Below are positions 40,771 through 51,225 of a DNA stretch of 64,000 nt, piece after piece. Within the stretch, counting starts at the first letter, position 1. Each line of letters opens with the position of its first letter. The notes beneath the pieces were generated by a model. The model was given only the letters and a program-made list of their open reading frames with translations, did no database searches and had not been told where the DNA came from. The stretch is from Psychroserpens sp. (GTDB lineage Bacteria > Bacteroidota > Bacteroidia > Flavobacteriales > Flavobacteriaceae): NCBI GenBank assembly GCA_047612485.1, contig JBLGAT010000006.1:4565-68564 (forward strand), given 5' to 3'. The position numbers were made by a program, and so were the translations under genes.

Positions 40771-41676
40771 ATGGCGAAAGCAGTAAAAAAACAAGCTTTA
40801 GGAAGAGGATTGTCCGCACTTTTGAAAGATCCAGATAACGATATCAAATCAGCATCGGACAAAAATGCAGATAAAGTTGTAGGGAATATTGTAGAATTGG
40901 AGCTTTCGGCCATTGAAATGAACCCATTTCAGCCGAGATCCAACTTTAATGATGAAGCCCTTCAGGAATTGGCTACTTCTATTCGGGAACTGGGTGTCAT
41001 ACAACCTATTACCGTAAGGAAGCTCGACTTCAATAAATATCAATTAGTATCAGGAGAAAGAAGATTTAGGGCCTCCAAGCTCATTGGTCTGGAATCTGTT
41101 CCTGCCTATATCCGAATTGCCAATGACCAAGAATCCTTGGAAATGGCCTTGGTGGAAAATATACAGCGACAGGACCTCGATCCCATTGAAATTGCTTTGT
41201 CCTACCAACGTCTGATTGACGAGATTCAGTTGACACAAGAGAAATTAAGTGATCGGGTCGGCAAAAAACGCTCCACCATCACTAATTATTTACGTCTTTT
41301 ACGATTAGATCCCATTATCCAAACCGGCATCCGTGACGGCTTTGTTAGTATGGGACATGGCAGAACCCTGGTAAACGTTGAAAAAAGAGAGGATCAAATT
41401 GCCCTATATGAGAAAATAGTTGGACAGAACCTATCTGTAAGGGATACTGAAAAAGCCGTTAAGGCCTATCAAGATGCCTTGGAAAATCCGGAAAAAGCGG
41501 TGAAAAAGGTTGCAAAAATCCCTGATTTCATCAAAAAGGATGCTCCAAGATTTAGCGACTACCTCGCCGTAAAAGTAGATGTGAAAGCTTCTGAAAAAGG
41601 GAATGGCAAAATAACCATCCCATTTAGTTCCGAAGAAGAATTTCAGCGTATAAAAAAACTGATCACAGGTGAATAG
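40771..41676 (+). CDS. parB: Chromosome partitioning protein
   Basis: GRGLSALL, QPR, GERRFRA, ENIQR.DL.PIE.A. Confidence 0.95.
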   Translation: MAKAVKKQALGRGLSALLKDPDNDIKSASDKNADKVVGNIVELELSAIEMNPFQPRSNFNDEALQELATSIRELGVIQPITVRKLDFNKYQLVSGERRFRASKLIGLESVPAYIRIANDQESLEMALVENIQRQDLDPIEIALSYQRLIDEIQLTQEKLSDRVGKKRSTITNYLRLLRLDPIIQTGIRDGFVSMGHGRTLVNVEKREDQIALYEKIVGQNLSVRDTEKAVKAYQDALENPEKAVKKVAKIPDFIKKDAPRFSDYLAVKVDVKASEKGNGKITIPFSSEEEFQRIKKLITGE

Positions 41677-42316
41677 ATCACTTTGCTCCTTACTGATTTT
41701 TTTTCTTTTAATTCTTTCCTCCTCAGCACAAGAAAAACTAAAGGATACCACCGCAGTAGATTCTGTAAAAACGGATCTTACTAAAAAAGGCGTTGTGGTC
41801 AAGGATGTGATTTTAGAGAAAAGAGAGGAAATAAACCCTTTGGCACCAAGTAAGGCTGCCTTTTTTTCCGCCATTCTACCGGGATTGGGCCAAATCTACA
41901 ACAAACGTTATTGGAAAGTTCCCCTTGTATATGCAGCAATTGGCACAGGAGTGTATGTCTATGTGGTCAATGATGATTTTTATGACCGCTTTAGAACTGC
42001 ATTTAAAAGAAGAAAGGCGGGTTTCATTGATGACGAGTTTTACGATATCAACAATAGTGGGGTGGTTCTCGGAAATCCCGATCTCTCTGATGTAGCGTTG
42101 CAAGATGCCCAAGAGCGGTATCAGCGGGATAGGGATCTAGCCTTGGTAGTAACAATTGGTCTATATGCCCTTAATATTATAGATGCCAATGTGGATGCAC
42201 ATTTACGACAATTTAACGTAGACGACAACCTGAGCATGGACTTTAAACCTTACTTGGAATACAACCCAATTAACGCCAATCCCAATTACGGAATGGCATT
42301 AACCATAAAATTCTAG
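41669..42316 (+). CDS. DUF5683-family membrane protein
   Basis: SAILPGLGQIYNK.YWKVP; IIDANVDAHL; usual position after parB in Bacteroidota. Confidence 0.75.
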   Translation: MNRSLCSLLIFFLLILSSSAQEKLKDTTAVDSVKTDLTKKGVVVKDVILEKREEINPLAPSKAAFFSAILPGLGQIYNKRYWKVPLVYAAIGTGVYVYVVNDDFYDRFRTAFKRRKAGFIDDEFYDINNSGVVLGNPDLSDVALQDAQERYQRDRDLALVVTIGLYALNIIDANVDAHLRQFNVDDNLSMDFKPYLEYNPINANPNYGMALTIKF

Positions 42317-42319
42317 CGC

Positions 42320-43021
42320 ATGAAAATTGCATTGTTTGGATACGGTAAAATGGGTAAGATGATAGAACAGACCGCTATCACTCGCACCCACACCATTGTA
42401 GCCAAAGTAGATGTGGACACCCAAGAAATTGATTTTTCCAATATCGATGTGGCCATAGATTTCAGTCAACCAGACGCGGCTTTTGACAATATTAAAAAAT
42501 GCATGGCACACAACGTTCCCGTTATTTCAGGAACCACAGGATGGTTGAAAGATTATGCTAATGCCGTGGCATTTTGTAATGAACATAAGGGAGCATTTAT
42601 TTACGCTTCCAACTATAGTCTAGGGGTCAATATTTTTTTTGAGCTGAACGAATATTTGGCCAAAATGATGAAGTCCTTGGACCAATACAAGGTATCCATG
42701 GAAGAAATACACCACACCCAAAAGCTGGATGCCCCGAGTGGCACGGCCATCACCTTGGCGGAAGGCATCATAAAGAACACAGATTATAAAGGATGGGAAC
42801 TGGAGAAAGCAACAAATGCCAATATTCCTATTGTTGCCAAACGGATCAATGATGTTCCGGGAACACATTCCATCAATTATGAAAGTCCCGTGGATAGCCT
42901 TGAGATTAAACATACGGCATATAATCGGGAAGGTTTTGCGCTTGGAGCAGTCGTAGCAGCGGAATGGATTGTAGGCAAAACAGGGATTTTCACCATGAAG
43001 GATGTGTTAAACCTAGGTTAA
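42320..43021 (+). CDS. dapB: 4-hydroxy-tetrahydrodipicolinate reductase
   Basis: GYGKMG, GTTGW, EIHHTQKLDAPSGTA. Confidence 0.95.
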   Translation: MKIALFGYGKMGKMIEQTAITRTHTIVAKVDVDTQEIDFSNIDVAIDFSQPDAAFDNIKKCMAHNVPVISGTTGWLKDYANAVAFCNEHKGAFIYASNYSLGVNIFFELNEYLAKMMKSLDQYKVSMEEIHHTQKLDAPSGTAITLAEGIIKNTDYKGWELEKATNANIPIVAKRINDVPGTHSINYESPVDSLEIKHTAYNREGFALGAVVAAEWIVGKTGIFTMKDVLNLG

Positions 43022-43118
43022 GAAACGTAACAATAGGACACCTTCCGGTACTTAGTTATAGACAATATCTTTTGGGTACCCAAAAAAATATTTTTAAGTT
43101 CACCAATAACAATATCGT

Positions 43119-44810
43119 ATGAACGGCACACAATGGATTCTTTTTATTTTGATCATACAGGTCATCCATTTTTTAGGAACATGGAAATTATATGTAAAAG
43201 CTGGTAGAAAAGCATGGGAGGCCGCTATTCCAATTTATAATGCAATTGTATTGATGCAAATCATCAACCGACCGAAATGGTGGGTATTCCTACTCTTTAT
43301 TCCGGTCATCAACCTGCTTATGTTTCCCGTAATTTGGGTGGAGACCATTCGAAGTTTTGGAAAAAACTCCCTATTGGACACTTGGCTGGTTATTTTAACC
43401 CTAGGTTTTTATATCTATTATGTAAGTTATACCCAAGATGTCAAATATGTTGAAAATCGTAGCAGACACCCTAAAACAGCCTTAGGGGAATGGGTAAGTT
43501 CCATAGTATTTGCAATTGTTGCGGCTACCTTGGTACATACCTATTTTATCCAGCCTTATGTTATCCCTACAGGATCTTTGGAAAAAACATTACTTATTGG
43601 TGATTTCCTTTTTGTGAGCAAGTTTCATTATGGTGCCAGAACCCCTATGACAACAATTGCGGCCCCAATGGTCCACGATACCCTGCCTATCCTCAAAACG
43701 AAATCCTATTTGAGCAAACCCCAACTCCCCTATTTTAGGATTCCCGGTTTTGAAAAAGTAGAACGAAATGATATTGTGGTGTTCAGTTGGCCAGCGGACA
43801 CTGTGCGGCAGTTCTTTAAAAAGGAAAAAGGGGTCAAAAAACCAATAGACAAGAAGTCGAACTACGTTAAAAGATGTGTGGGAATCCCAGGGGATAGCCT
43901 TTCTATTGTAAATGGAGACGTGTATATCAATGGTGAAAAATTAGCCCTGTCCGATAGGGCTAAGCCCATGTTCCTTCATGTGGTTACCACCAAAGGACAA
44001 ATAGGCAACACCGCTATTAACTTATTAGGCCGTAATAATTTTGGGGGTAATGTGATAAAAGTCCCAAACGAAGTTTTGACCCAAGATAAGGTTGCAGAAG
44101 TTATAGACCAAAAGACCACCTTGGAGGAATTTGAAAAGGATTCCTTATACACCTATTATACAGGTAATATTTTTGATGGCAAAGTAGTATCATTCCTAAA
44201 GGCTACGTCTGTAAATTCCAAAGCCCTCTTCAACATGACAGAGGAAGAAGCTAAGAATGACATCGGAAAAGCGGACATCGTCAACATTGAGAAATTCAGC
44301 TTTAAAAGGCCTGAAACCGCTATTTTCCCTCAAAGCGGACAATATTCGGGTACCCAGGATAATTTTGGACCTATTTATCTTCCAGAAGCAGGAAAGACAA
44401 TTGCTCTAAATGTAAAAGTCCTTCCCCTTTATAAGAAAATAATAAGAGAATACGAGGGGAATACCCTTTCTGTCTCTGGAAATCAAATAAGCATCAATGG
44501 GCAGGTAACGGACTCCTATACCTTCAAGCAGGGTTATTATTGGATGATGGGAGACAATCGTCATAAATCTGAAGACAGTAGGTTTTGGGGCTTTGTTCCA
44601 GAAAACCATATTGTGGGTAAACCGGTATTTATATGGATGAGTATTGATGGGATCAATGAGGGAGTAAGCAATTGGAAAGTTCGCTGGGACCGTGTTTTCA
44701 CCACAGTGGGTGGAGATGGGGAACCCCAATCTTATTTCAGGTACTTTCTAATAGCCCTTGCCGGTTGGTTCGTGTTTGATTATTTTAGAAAAAAGAAGAA
44801 AAAGAAATAA
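43119..44810 (+). CDS. lepB: Signal peptidase I (long Bacteroidota form)
   Basis: IPTGSLEKTL (Ser), YVKRCVG (Lys), MMGDNRH.S.DSR.WG. Confidence 0.93.
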   Translation: MNGTQWILFILIIQVIHFLGTWKLYVKAGRKAWEAAIPIYNAIVLMQIINRPKWWVFLLFIPVINLLMFPVIWVETIRSFGKNSLLDTWLVILTLGFYIYYVSYTQDVKYVENRSRHPKTALGEWVSSIVFAIVAATLVHTYFIQPYVIPTGSLEKTLLIGDFLFVSKFHYGARTPMTTIAAPMVHDTLPILKTKSYLSKPQLPYFRIPGFEKVERNDIVVFSWPADTVRQFFKKEKGVKKPIDKKSNYVKRCVGIPGDSLSIVNGDVYINGEKLALSDRAKPMFLHVVTTKGQIGNTAINLLGRNNFGGNVIKVPNEVLTQDKVAEVIDQKTTLEEFEKDSLYTYYTGNIFDGKVVSFLKATSVNSKALFNMTEEEAKNDIGKADIVNIEKFSFKRPETAIFPQSGQYSGTQDNFGPIYLPEAGKTIALNVKVLPLYKKIIREYEGNTLSVSGNQISINGQVTDSYTFKQGYYWMMGDNRHKSEDSRFWGFVPENHIVGKPVFIWMSIDGINEGVSNWKVRWDRVFTTVGGDGEPQSYFRYFLIALAGWFVFDYFRKKKKKK

Positions 44811-44830
44811 TCTATTTTATTAAACCAAGA

Positions 44831-45463
44831 ATGAAGCTACTCCTACATCCCGGATATTTTTTGAATATTGCCAATTTTGTGGCCATAGCCAAAAATGATA
44901 TCTGTTGGGAGACTTCTGGCAATTATCAAAAACAGACCTATAGGAACCGATGTTATATAGCCACTGATATCGGAAGACATCCAATGAATATCCCCATACA
45001 GCATGTAGGCGGCAAGAATGGCAGGCAAAGTTACAAAGATGTAAAAGTGGATAATTTCTACCATTGGCAACGCCAACATTGGCGTACCCTGGAAACGGCA
45101 TACAGGACCTCTCCCTTTTTTGAGTTCTATGAGGATGACCTTGTGTCGCTATTTAATACCGAGCACAGCTATTTATTGGATTTTAATTTGAAGTCCATTG
45201 AAGCTATCTGCTGTTGTCTTCAGATCCCAATGCCGGAAGAAAGCACCTCCGAATTTGAGAAAGAACCAATGGATTTTGTAGATGCACGCATCCTGATCAA
45301 TGCCAAAGTGAATCCGCCCCTAGTTCAAAAACCATATGTTCAGGTTTTCGATGACCGCAATCCATTTATTGACAACCTCAGTATTTTGGATCTTTTGTTC
45401 AACGAAGGTACCAACGCCCTATCCTATCTTAAAGAACACCAATTAGACCTAAAGGATGCTTAG
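44831..45463 (+). CDS. WbqC-family protein
   Basis: KQTYRNRC.I, AY..SPFFEFY, LSILDLLFNEG. Confidence 0.85.
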   Translation: MKLLLHPGYFLNIANFVAIAKNDICWETSGNYQKQTYRNRCYIATDIGRHPMNIPIQHVGGKNGRQSYKDVKVDNFYHWQRQHWRTLETAYRTSPFFEFYEDDLVSLFNTEHSYLLDFNLKSIEAICCCLQIPMPEESTSEFEKEPMDFVDARILINAKVNPPLVQKPYVQVFDDRNPFIDNLSILDLLFNEGTNALSYLKEHQLDLKDA

Positions 45464-45764
45464 ATTCTTAATTCATTATGGTATTCATATTTTAGTGCCA
45501 ATAGCTATTGGCCTCTACTTTTACAAGGAGAATAGGTTTTGGGCCATATTGATTCTATTGGCAGGAATATTGATAGACCTGGACCATCTTTTGGCAAGTC
45601 CTATTTTTGATAGTACACGCTGTAGTATTGGATTTCACCCCCTACATACCTATTGGGCAATTATGATGTATATAGGACTCTCATTTTTTAAGAAGACCAG
45701 GATTGTGGGCCTCGCCTTATGCATCCATATTATTGCTGATACGGCCGACTGCCTTTTGATGTAG
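45456..45764 (+). CDS. DUF6122-family small membrane protein
   Basis: IDLDHLLA.PIFD..RCSIGFHPLH. Confidence 0.7.
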   Translation: MLRFLIHYGIHILVPIAIGLYFYKENRFWAILILLAGILIDLDHLLASPIFDSTRCSIGFHPLHTYWAIMMYIGLSFFKKTRIVGLALCIHIIADTADCLLM

Positions 45765-46790
45765 CTATAATTTGATGGAGGCCATTACCGGGAAATGATC
45801 GGATAATTTAACGTCGTAATTTTTATGGGTCAAAACTTCCATTTGCCCATCTACCAAAATAAAATCGATTCTTAGAGGCAAAAACTTGAAATTATAGGTG
45901 CGACCATAACCTGAGCCCATTTCCATGAACGTATCCTTCATATCACCTTTTATATCATAATAGACACTGGAATATTGGGAGTTGTTGAAATCACCACAAA
46001 TTATCTTTTTATGGGAAGTTGTTTTACTGTGATCCAAAACAATTCCGGCCTGTTCTTGTTGCTTTACAAATGAATTACTCAGCCTTTTTAGTAATTTTTG
46101 AGATTCTTCCCTACGTATGGATCCGGGACGAACCTTTAAAGATTGGAGATGTAAGTTATAAATACGTACCGTATCCGATTTTACAACAATATCCGCAAAT
46201 AACGCATTATTGCTGCTATTAGGAAAATCTAGAGACCCTTTTTCAATGATGGGATATTTGGAATAGATGGCCTGTATCACTTTATCACTATTAACCCCAA
46301 ATTCAAAATTTACATATTTATAAGCATACTGCTTAAAATCCTTACTCCTAATTTTTTCATAGTCGAATTCCTGAAAACAGACAATATCCGCATCTTCTTC
46401 CATAATAAATTCAACAATGTTATCGCTCAATTGGGGGTTATTTTCCCTTGAATTACCGCGAAAAGACTGTGTATTAAAGGTGAGGACACTAAGGCTTTTT
46501 TCTACTGATTCTGGCGTGGAATCAAAAAATTTAATAAAGGTTCCCAATGAAAAGTACCCTATGAGAAGTATCAAAAAAGACAACCAAAACTGTCTTTTAC
46601 CATTCAACAACCAATAGCTCAAGAATAGTACGTTCACTGCGACCAGATATGGCACGGCGAGACTAAAAATAAATAGGAATGAAATTGATTGAAGGGAGAT
46701 ATGTGGCACTATACAGGAAAACAACAGCAGCAAAGCCGCTATTGAATTCAGAAAAAAAACGAATTTGTTTACAATAGATAATTTTTCCAC
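45765..46790 (-). CDS. Endonuclease/exonuclease/phosphatase-family protein with N-terminal TM helices
   Basis: CFQE, ICGDFN, RIDFI, SDHFPV. Confidence 0.88.
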   Translation of the reverse strand: MEKLSIVNKFVFFLNSIAALLLLFSCIVPHISLQSISFLFIFSLAVPYLVAVNVLFLSYWLLNGKRQFWLSFLILLIGYFSLGTFIKFFDSTPESVEKSLSVLTFNTQSFRGNSRENNPQLSDNIVEFIMEEDADIVCFQEFDYEKIRSKDFKQYAYKYVNFEFGVNSDKVIQAIYSKYPIIEKGSLDFPNSSNNALFADIVVKSDTVRIYNLHLQSLKVRPGSIRREESQKLLKRLSNSFVKQQEQAGIVLDHSKTTSHKKIICGDFNNSQYSSVYYDIKGDMKDTFMEMGSGYGRTYNFKFLPLRIDFILVDGQMEVLTHKNYDVKLSDHFPVMASIKL

Positions 46791-46798
46791 AATCGACC

Positions 46799-47668
46799 CT
46801 ATTCTTTGCCTGCCTTGAAAAGAAAGTCCTTCTCCGATTTGGACAAGCTCTCGTAACCCGATTTGCTGATTTTATCAAGAATGGCATCTATCTTGCGTTG
46901 CCTGCTTTCCTTATTGTGGTCCTCTTTGGTATTTGCAGTGGATTTAGCCTTGCGGTATACCGTTTTCATTGGTGCTTTATTGGATTTTTTAAAGAGGCTG
47001 GACAAACGATCCAATAGCCTTGAAAATCCTTCTCCTATATCCTTTCCTTTCACCAATTGTCTCGCATAAACATACCCCAGAAGGGCACCTCCCAAATGCG
47101 ACAAATGTCCTCCTGCATTACCTCCGGTCGGAATCTGTATCAAATCTACCAAGACAAAGAAAACGCCGATGTACCATAGTTTAACGTTAAAAAAGACGAT
47201 CCTTACCTCTTGGTTGGGAATATAGGTACACACAAAAATCAAAACAGCTGTTACCCCAGCCGAAGCTCCTATCAAAGAAGTATTTATCCCCAAAAACGCG
47301 GGAAATATATTATAGCTCAATAGAAAAAGTAGCCCCCCTAAAATGACCCCTAAAAAATAGACATTGATGAACCTTTTGGGTCCAAAAAGGTTTAAAAAAA
47401 TGCGCGCTGCGAAGTAAAGCATCACCATATTCCAAAATATATGGCCCAACCCGGCATGAAAGAAGGAATATGTAATTATGGACCATGGTTGCAACAAAAA
47501 GTCAAAAAAATCTTTGGGCAACTCAAACCACCTGATCAAAATATTTGGCGACAACTGAAGTAAGAAAGTCAGTAAGCCATTGAAAATAAATACCACCACA
47601 TTAATTGCGATCAATTTTTCTGCAATGCTAAGTCTGGCAAACTGATATTTTAAATTTCCTGTATTCAT
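46799..47668 (-). CDS. Rhomboid intramembrane serine protease with C-terminal DUF6576-like tail
   Basis: HIFWNM, GASAG, GHLSHLGG; IDAILDKISKSGY.SL tail. Confidence 0.88.
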   Translation of the reverse strand: MNTGNLKYQFARLSIAEKLIAINVVVFIFNGLLTFLLQLSPNILIRWFELPKDFFDFLLQPWSIITYSFFHAGLGHIFWNMVMLYFAARIFLNLFGPKRFINVYFLGVILGGLLFLLSYNIFPAFLGINTSLIGASAGVTAVLIFVCTYIPNQEVRIVFFNVKLWYIGVFFVLVDLIQIPTGGNAGGHLSHLGGALLGYVYARQLVKGKDIGEGFSRLLDRLSSLFKKSNKAPMKTVYRKAKSTANTKEDHNKESRQRKIDAILDKISKSGYESLSKSEKDFLFKAGKE

Positions 47669-47670
47669 AG

Positions 47671-48414
47671 CTAATCCCAACGGTTTTTATTAAACTGGTT
47701 CTTCTTCCAGTACCACATCATAAGAAACCCTATCAATGCACCACCTACATGAGCAAAATGGGCAATTCCACTTCCAAAGATAGCATAACCGGTAATCCCT
47801 GAAAACAAATCCAGACCTATTAAAACAGGAATGAAATATTTCGCCTTAATGGGAACAGGCACAAATATTAAGAAAAGCTCGCTATTGGGATAAGACATCC
47901 CATAGGCGACCAATATTCCATATATGGCACCCGAAGCTCCAACAGCAGGGGTATTATAAGCACTTAAAAAGTTGTCAACGGTACTTTTAGAGGCAAGGTT
48001 GTACCAATCCGGGCTATATTTACCGCTCGATATTATCTCTATGACCTGGCTCCTCGTTATTCCTGAATTTACCAAAGCATCCATGCCCTCGTTAAAATAA
48101 TAATAGTTCACTGCAGTGTGCAAGAGTGCAGATCCCAACCCTGCGGAGAAATAGAAAAAGAAGAATTTGTTCCTTCCCCACATCCGTTCCAAAGGTGATC
48201 CAAATGCCCATAGCGCATACATATTGAACACAATGTGCATTAATCCCCCATGCATGAACATGTGTGAGATGATCTGCCACAATTCAAAATTTGCATTCTG
48301 CGGGAACCAAAGGGAAAACCATTGATACATTTGATCGCCATACAAGGAGGTGGCCACAAAAAACATTACGTTAATTATAAGTAAATGCTTAATAGCATCT
48401 GTCAATCTTCCCAT
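47671..48414 (-). CDS. Rhomboid intramembrane serine protease
   Basis: HMFMHG..MHI.FNM, GASGA, HFAHVGG. Confidence 0.9.
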   Translation of the reverse strand: MGRLTDAIKHLLIINVMFFVATSLYGDQMYQWFSLWFPQNANFELWQIISHMFMHGGLMHIVFNMYALWAFGSPLERMWGRNKFFFFYFSAGLGSALLHTAVNYYYFNEGMDALVNSGITRSQVIEIISSGKYSPDWYNLASKSTVDNFLSAYNTPAVGASGAIYGILVAYGMSYPNSELFLIFVPVPIKAKYFIPVLIGLDLFSGITGYAIFGSGIAHFAHVGGALIGFLMMWYWKKNQFNKNRWD

Positions 48415-50262
48415 TTATATAAATTTTTTATCAATGTCGTTTTCTGTAATGGTAATATATATTGTTTTGTTGAAAGGGCTAACCATGGATTCCTTGCAGG
48501 CAAACAGATCGTTCACCAATGCCAACTGGGAATTTCTATCCAGCACCTCCCCTGTCTTTACCGCCAAAGTCTTGCACAAGGTTTTTGATAGGATATCGGT
48601 CTGTGAAAAACCATCCCCGGAAACGTCCTGCTGGCAATCTGCAATCAATTGATCCAAAACCATCCCCACCTCACTTTCGGCCACCAACAAAGGAACCCCT
48701 GTAATCTCCAATACTTCCTTGTCCTTCTTTCCAAAACCAAACCCTATGGTGGCAAGACTTTCTTTTATCTCTTCTATAATCACCATATCCGAGCTGGAAA
48801 AGGATAAGGACAAAGGAAACAGTAATTGCTGGCTTACGGCCTCTTTAATGGTGATATTCTTTAAAAACTTCTCATAAAGTACGCGTTGGTGCGCCCTGCT
48901 TTGATCTATTACGATCATACCAGAGATAATGGTAGTGACAATATACTTTCGTCTTAACTGAAACGTGGTGGTGGTGGTCTCCACAATTTCCTGATGTCCG
49001 TCAAAAATGGAGCCCGTAATACTGTCAGATTCAAAGCTTACGCTGGAGAAACTATCTTCTTTCCCAAGTCTGGATTCCAATCCCACATACATACTTTCCC
49101 ATCCTTGCGTTTTCTCTTTTTGGTAGGTATTTTTAAAGCCTTTGTGTACCTCCTCCTTAAAAGGGTTGAATCCTGAGTCAACTACAACTTTGGGGAGTTC
49201 CGCAGTCCTATTCTTAAAGGCATAGGGTGTATCCAGATTAAGGTCCTGATCAAAATCGAGTGCCGGGGCAACATTAAACTGTCCCAAACTATGTTTTACG
49301 GCAGATCTCAACAACGCATACAAGGTATGCTCATCATCAAATTTGATCTCCGTTTTTGTAGGGTGGATATTGATATCAATAGAAGCCGGATCCACCTCCA
49401 AATACAAAAAATATCCTGGGTGATTTTCAGATTTTATAAGTCCCTCGAACGCCGCTACCACAGCATGGTGGAGGTATGGACTTTTTATAAAGCGGTTGTT
49501 GACGAAAAAATACTGCTCTCCCCTACTTTTCTTGGCAAATTCTGGTTTTCCAATGTAGCCCGATATGTTCACCACCTGTGTTTCTTCTGCTACAGGCACC
49601 AATTTTTCATTGGTCTTACTTCCAAAAATATTGACAATCCGTTGTCTATAATTGCTCTGGGGCAAATTGAACAATTCGCTCCCGTTATTGTAAAAATAGA
49701 AATGTATGGAGGGGTGTGCCAGGGCGACCCTATGAAACTCATCGGTGATATGCCTAAGCTCTACACTATTGGATTTTAAGAAATTTCTTCTGGCTGGAAT
49801 ATTAAAAAATAGATTTTTTACGGCAATGGAGGTGCCTTTAGGAGTCACAATCACTTCCTGGGCCGATATCTTACTACCTTCTATCTTAATATGGGTACCT
49901 ACTTCGGAATTGGAAGGTTTGGTTTGCAGTTCTACATGGGCGATAGCAGCTATAGATGCCAATGCCTCACCCCTGAATCCTTTGGTATTCAAGTTGAAGA
50001 GATCTTCTGCGCATTGTATTTTGGAGGTAGCGTGCCTTTCGAAACTTAGTCGGGCATCCGTATCACTCATACCAACACCATCATCCACTACTTGGATCAG
50101 GACCTTTCCGCCTTCTTTAATAATAAGCTTTATGGATGCGGCTCCGGCGTCTATGGCATTTTCCATCAACTCCTTAACAACTGAGGCAGGTCTTTGGACC
50201 ACTTCACCAGCTGCAATTTGGTTGGCAACATGATCGGGTAAGAGTTTAATGATATCCGCCAT
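48415..50262 (-). CDS. mutL: DNA mismatch repair protein MutL
   Basis: NQIAAGEVVQRPAS.VKEL.EN, RHATSK, GFRGEALASI, DQ.RAHQR. Confidence 0.96.
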   Translation of the reverse strand: MADIIKLLPDHVANQIAAGEVVQRPASVVKELMENAIDAGAASIKLIIKEGGKVLIQVVDDGVGMSDTDARLSFERHATSKIQCAEDLFNLNTKGFRGEALASIAAIAHVELQTKPSNSEVGTHIKIEGSKISAQEVIVTPKGTSIAVKNLFFNIPARRNFLKSNSVELRHITDEFHRVALAHPSIHFYFYNNGSELFNLPQSNYRQRIVNIFGSKTNEKLVPVAEETQVVNISGYIGKPEFAKKSRGEQYFFVNNRFIKSPYLHHAVVAAFEGLIKSENHPGYFLYLEVDPASIDINIHPTKTEIKFDDEHTLYALLRSAVKHSLGQFNVAPALDFDQDLNLDTPYAFKNRTAELPKVVVDSGFNPFKEEVHKGFKNTYQKEKTQGWESMYVGLESRLGKEDSFSSVSFESDSITGSIFDGHQEIVETTTTTFQLRRKYIVTTIISGMIVIDQSRAHQRVLYEKFLKNITIKEAVSQQLLFPLSLSFSSSDMVIIEEIKESLATIGFGFGKKDKEVLEITGVPLLVAESEVGMVLDQLIADCQQDVSGDGFSQTDILSKTLCKTLAVKTGEVLDRNSQLALVNDLFACKESMVSPFNKTIYITITENDIDKKFI

Positions 50263-50555
50263 TAAAAAAACATGTCTATTTTACCATATTTTACAGCCGC
50301 ATAGGCAAATATCAAAAGAAAGATGAGGATGACTATAAAACGAAGCCTTCGGTTTCGATCGCTCTGAGCACTTTTCACCGTTCTCCAATCTTCCCTGAAA
50401 CTTTTTTTTCTGTAGCCAGAGAAATATTCCTGGTCCGGTTTTGCTTCTTTGGATTTCCTTAATTTTTCCAAACGTTCCTTGCGCTCGTTATAATAACGTG
50501 GTGAATAGTTATAGGATTTATTCCTACTTAATTTAAAAAGCGAAGGGAGTCTCAT
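50262..50555 (-). CDS. Conserved small membrane-anchored hypothetical protein
   Basis: NKSYNYSPRYY pattern, C-terminal TM. Start at 50555 preferred because the TACTTTTG promoter box (50574-50581) overlaps the longer start. Confidence 0.65.
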   Translation of the reverse strand: MRLPSLFKLSRNKSYNYSPRYYNERKERLEKLRKSKEAKPDQEYFSGYRKKSFREDWRTVKSAQSDRNRRLRFIVILIFLLIFAYAAVKYGKIDMFF

Positions 50556-50739
50556 ATTTATCTTAACTATCTCCAAAAGTACTGAAAATAGGGCAAAATG
50601 GTCGAATGAAGATGCTAAAAATTGTTAACAACCTAGAAGGCTTGAATCATAGTGATTTGCCATGGAAATGAGATGCTAACGTCTAATTTACCTAGACTAT
50701 TTAACCAAAGTAATATCACCAGATAACTATTTCTAAGAT

Positions 50740-51222
50740 TTAGTTGCCCAGGGCAGCCATCTTAATGGCCGCTATGGCAGCCTCGGAACCTTTGTTTCCG
50801 TGAACTCCACCACTGCGATCAATGGCTTGTTGCAGGTTGTTATCGGTCAACACACAAAAGATAACGGGAGTATCCGTATTTACATTTAGGTCCTTTATCC
50901 CTTGTGCTGTGGCACTGCAAACAAAATCGAAATGTTTGGTCTCCCCCTGGATCACGCTCCCAATGGCGATAACTGCATCAACATTTTGGGTAGCGATCAT
51001 TTTTTTGCTACCGAAAATCAGTTCATAACTTCCGGGAACGTTCCAACGAACGATATTTTCCTTGATTGCCCCGCAATCCAACAATGCTTGCATGGCGCCA
51101 TTGAACAAGCCTTCCGTTATTTCTGAATTCCATTCTGAAACAACAATCCCAAACCGAAAATTTTTCGCGCTTGGGATTGTTGCTTTATCGTATTCCGATA
51201 AATTCTTGTTAGCCGTGGCCAT
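50740..51222 (-). CDS. ribH: 6,7-dimethyl-8-ribityllumazine synthase
   Basis: VVSEWN, VPGSYEL, G.VIQGET.HF, HGNKG.EAA. Confidence 0.95.
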   Translation of the reverse strand: MATANKNLSEYDKATIPSAKNFRFGIVVSEWNSEITEGLFNGAMQALLDCGAIKENIVRWNVPGSYELIFGSKKMIATQNVDAVIAIGSVIQGETKHFDFVCSATAQGIKDLNVNTDTPVIFCVLTDNNLQQAIDRSGGVHGNKGSEAAIAAIKMAALGN

Positions 51223-51225
51223 TAT

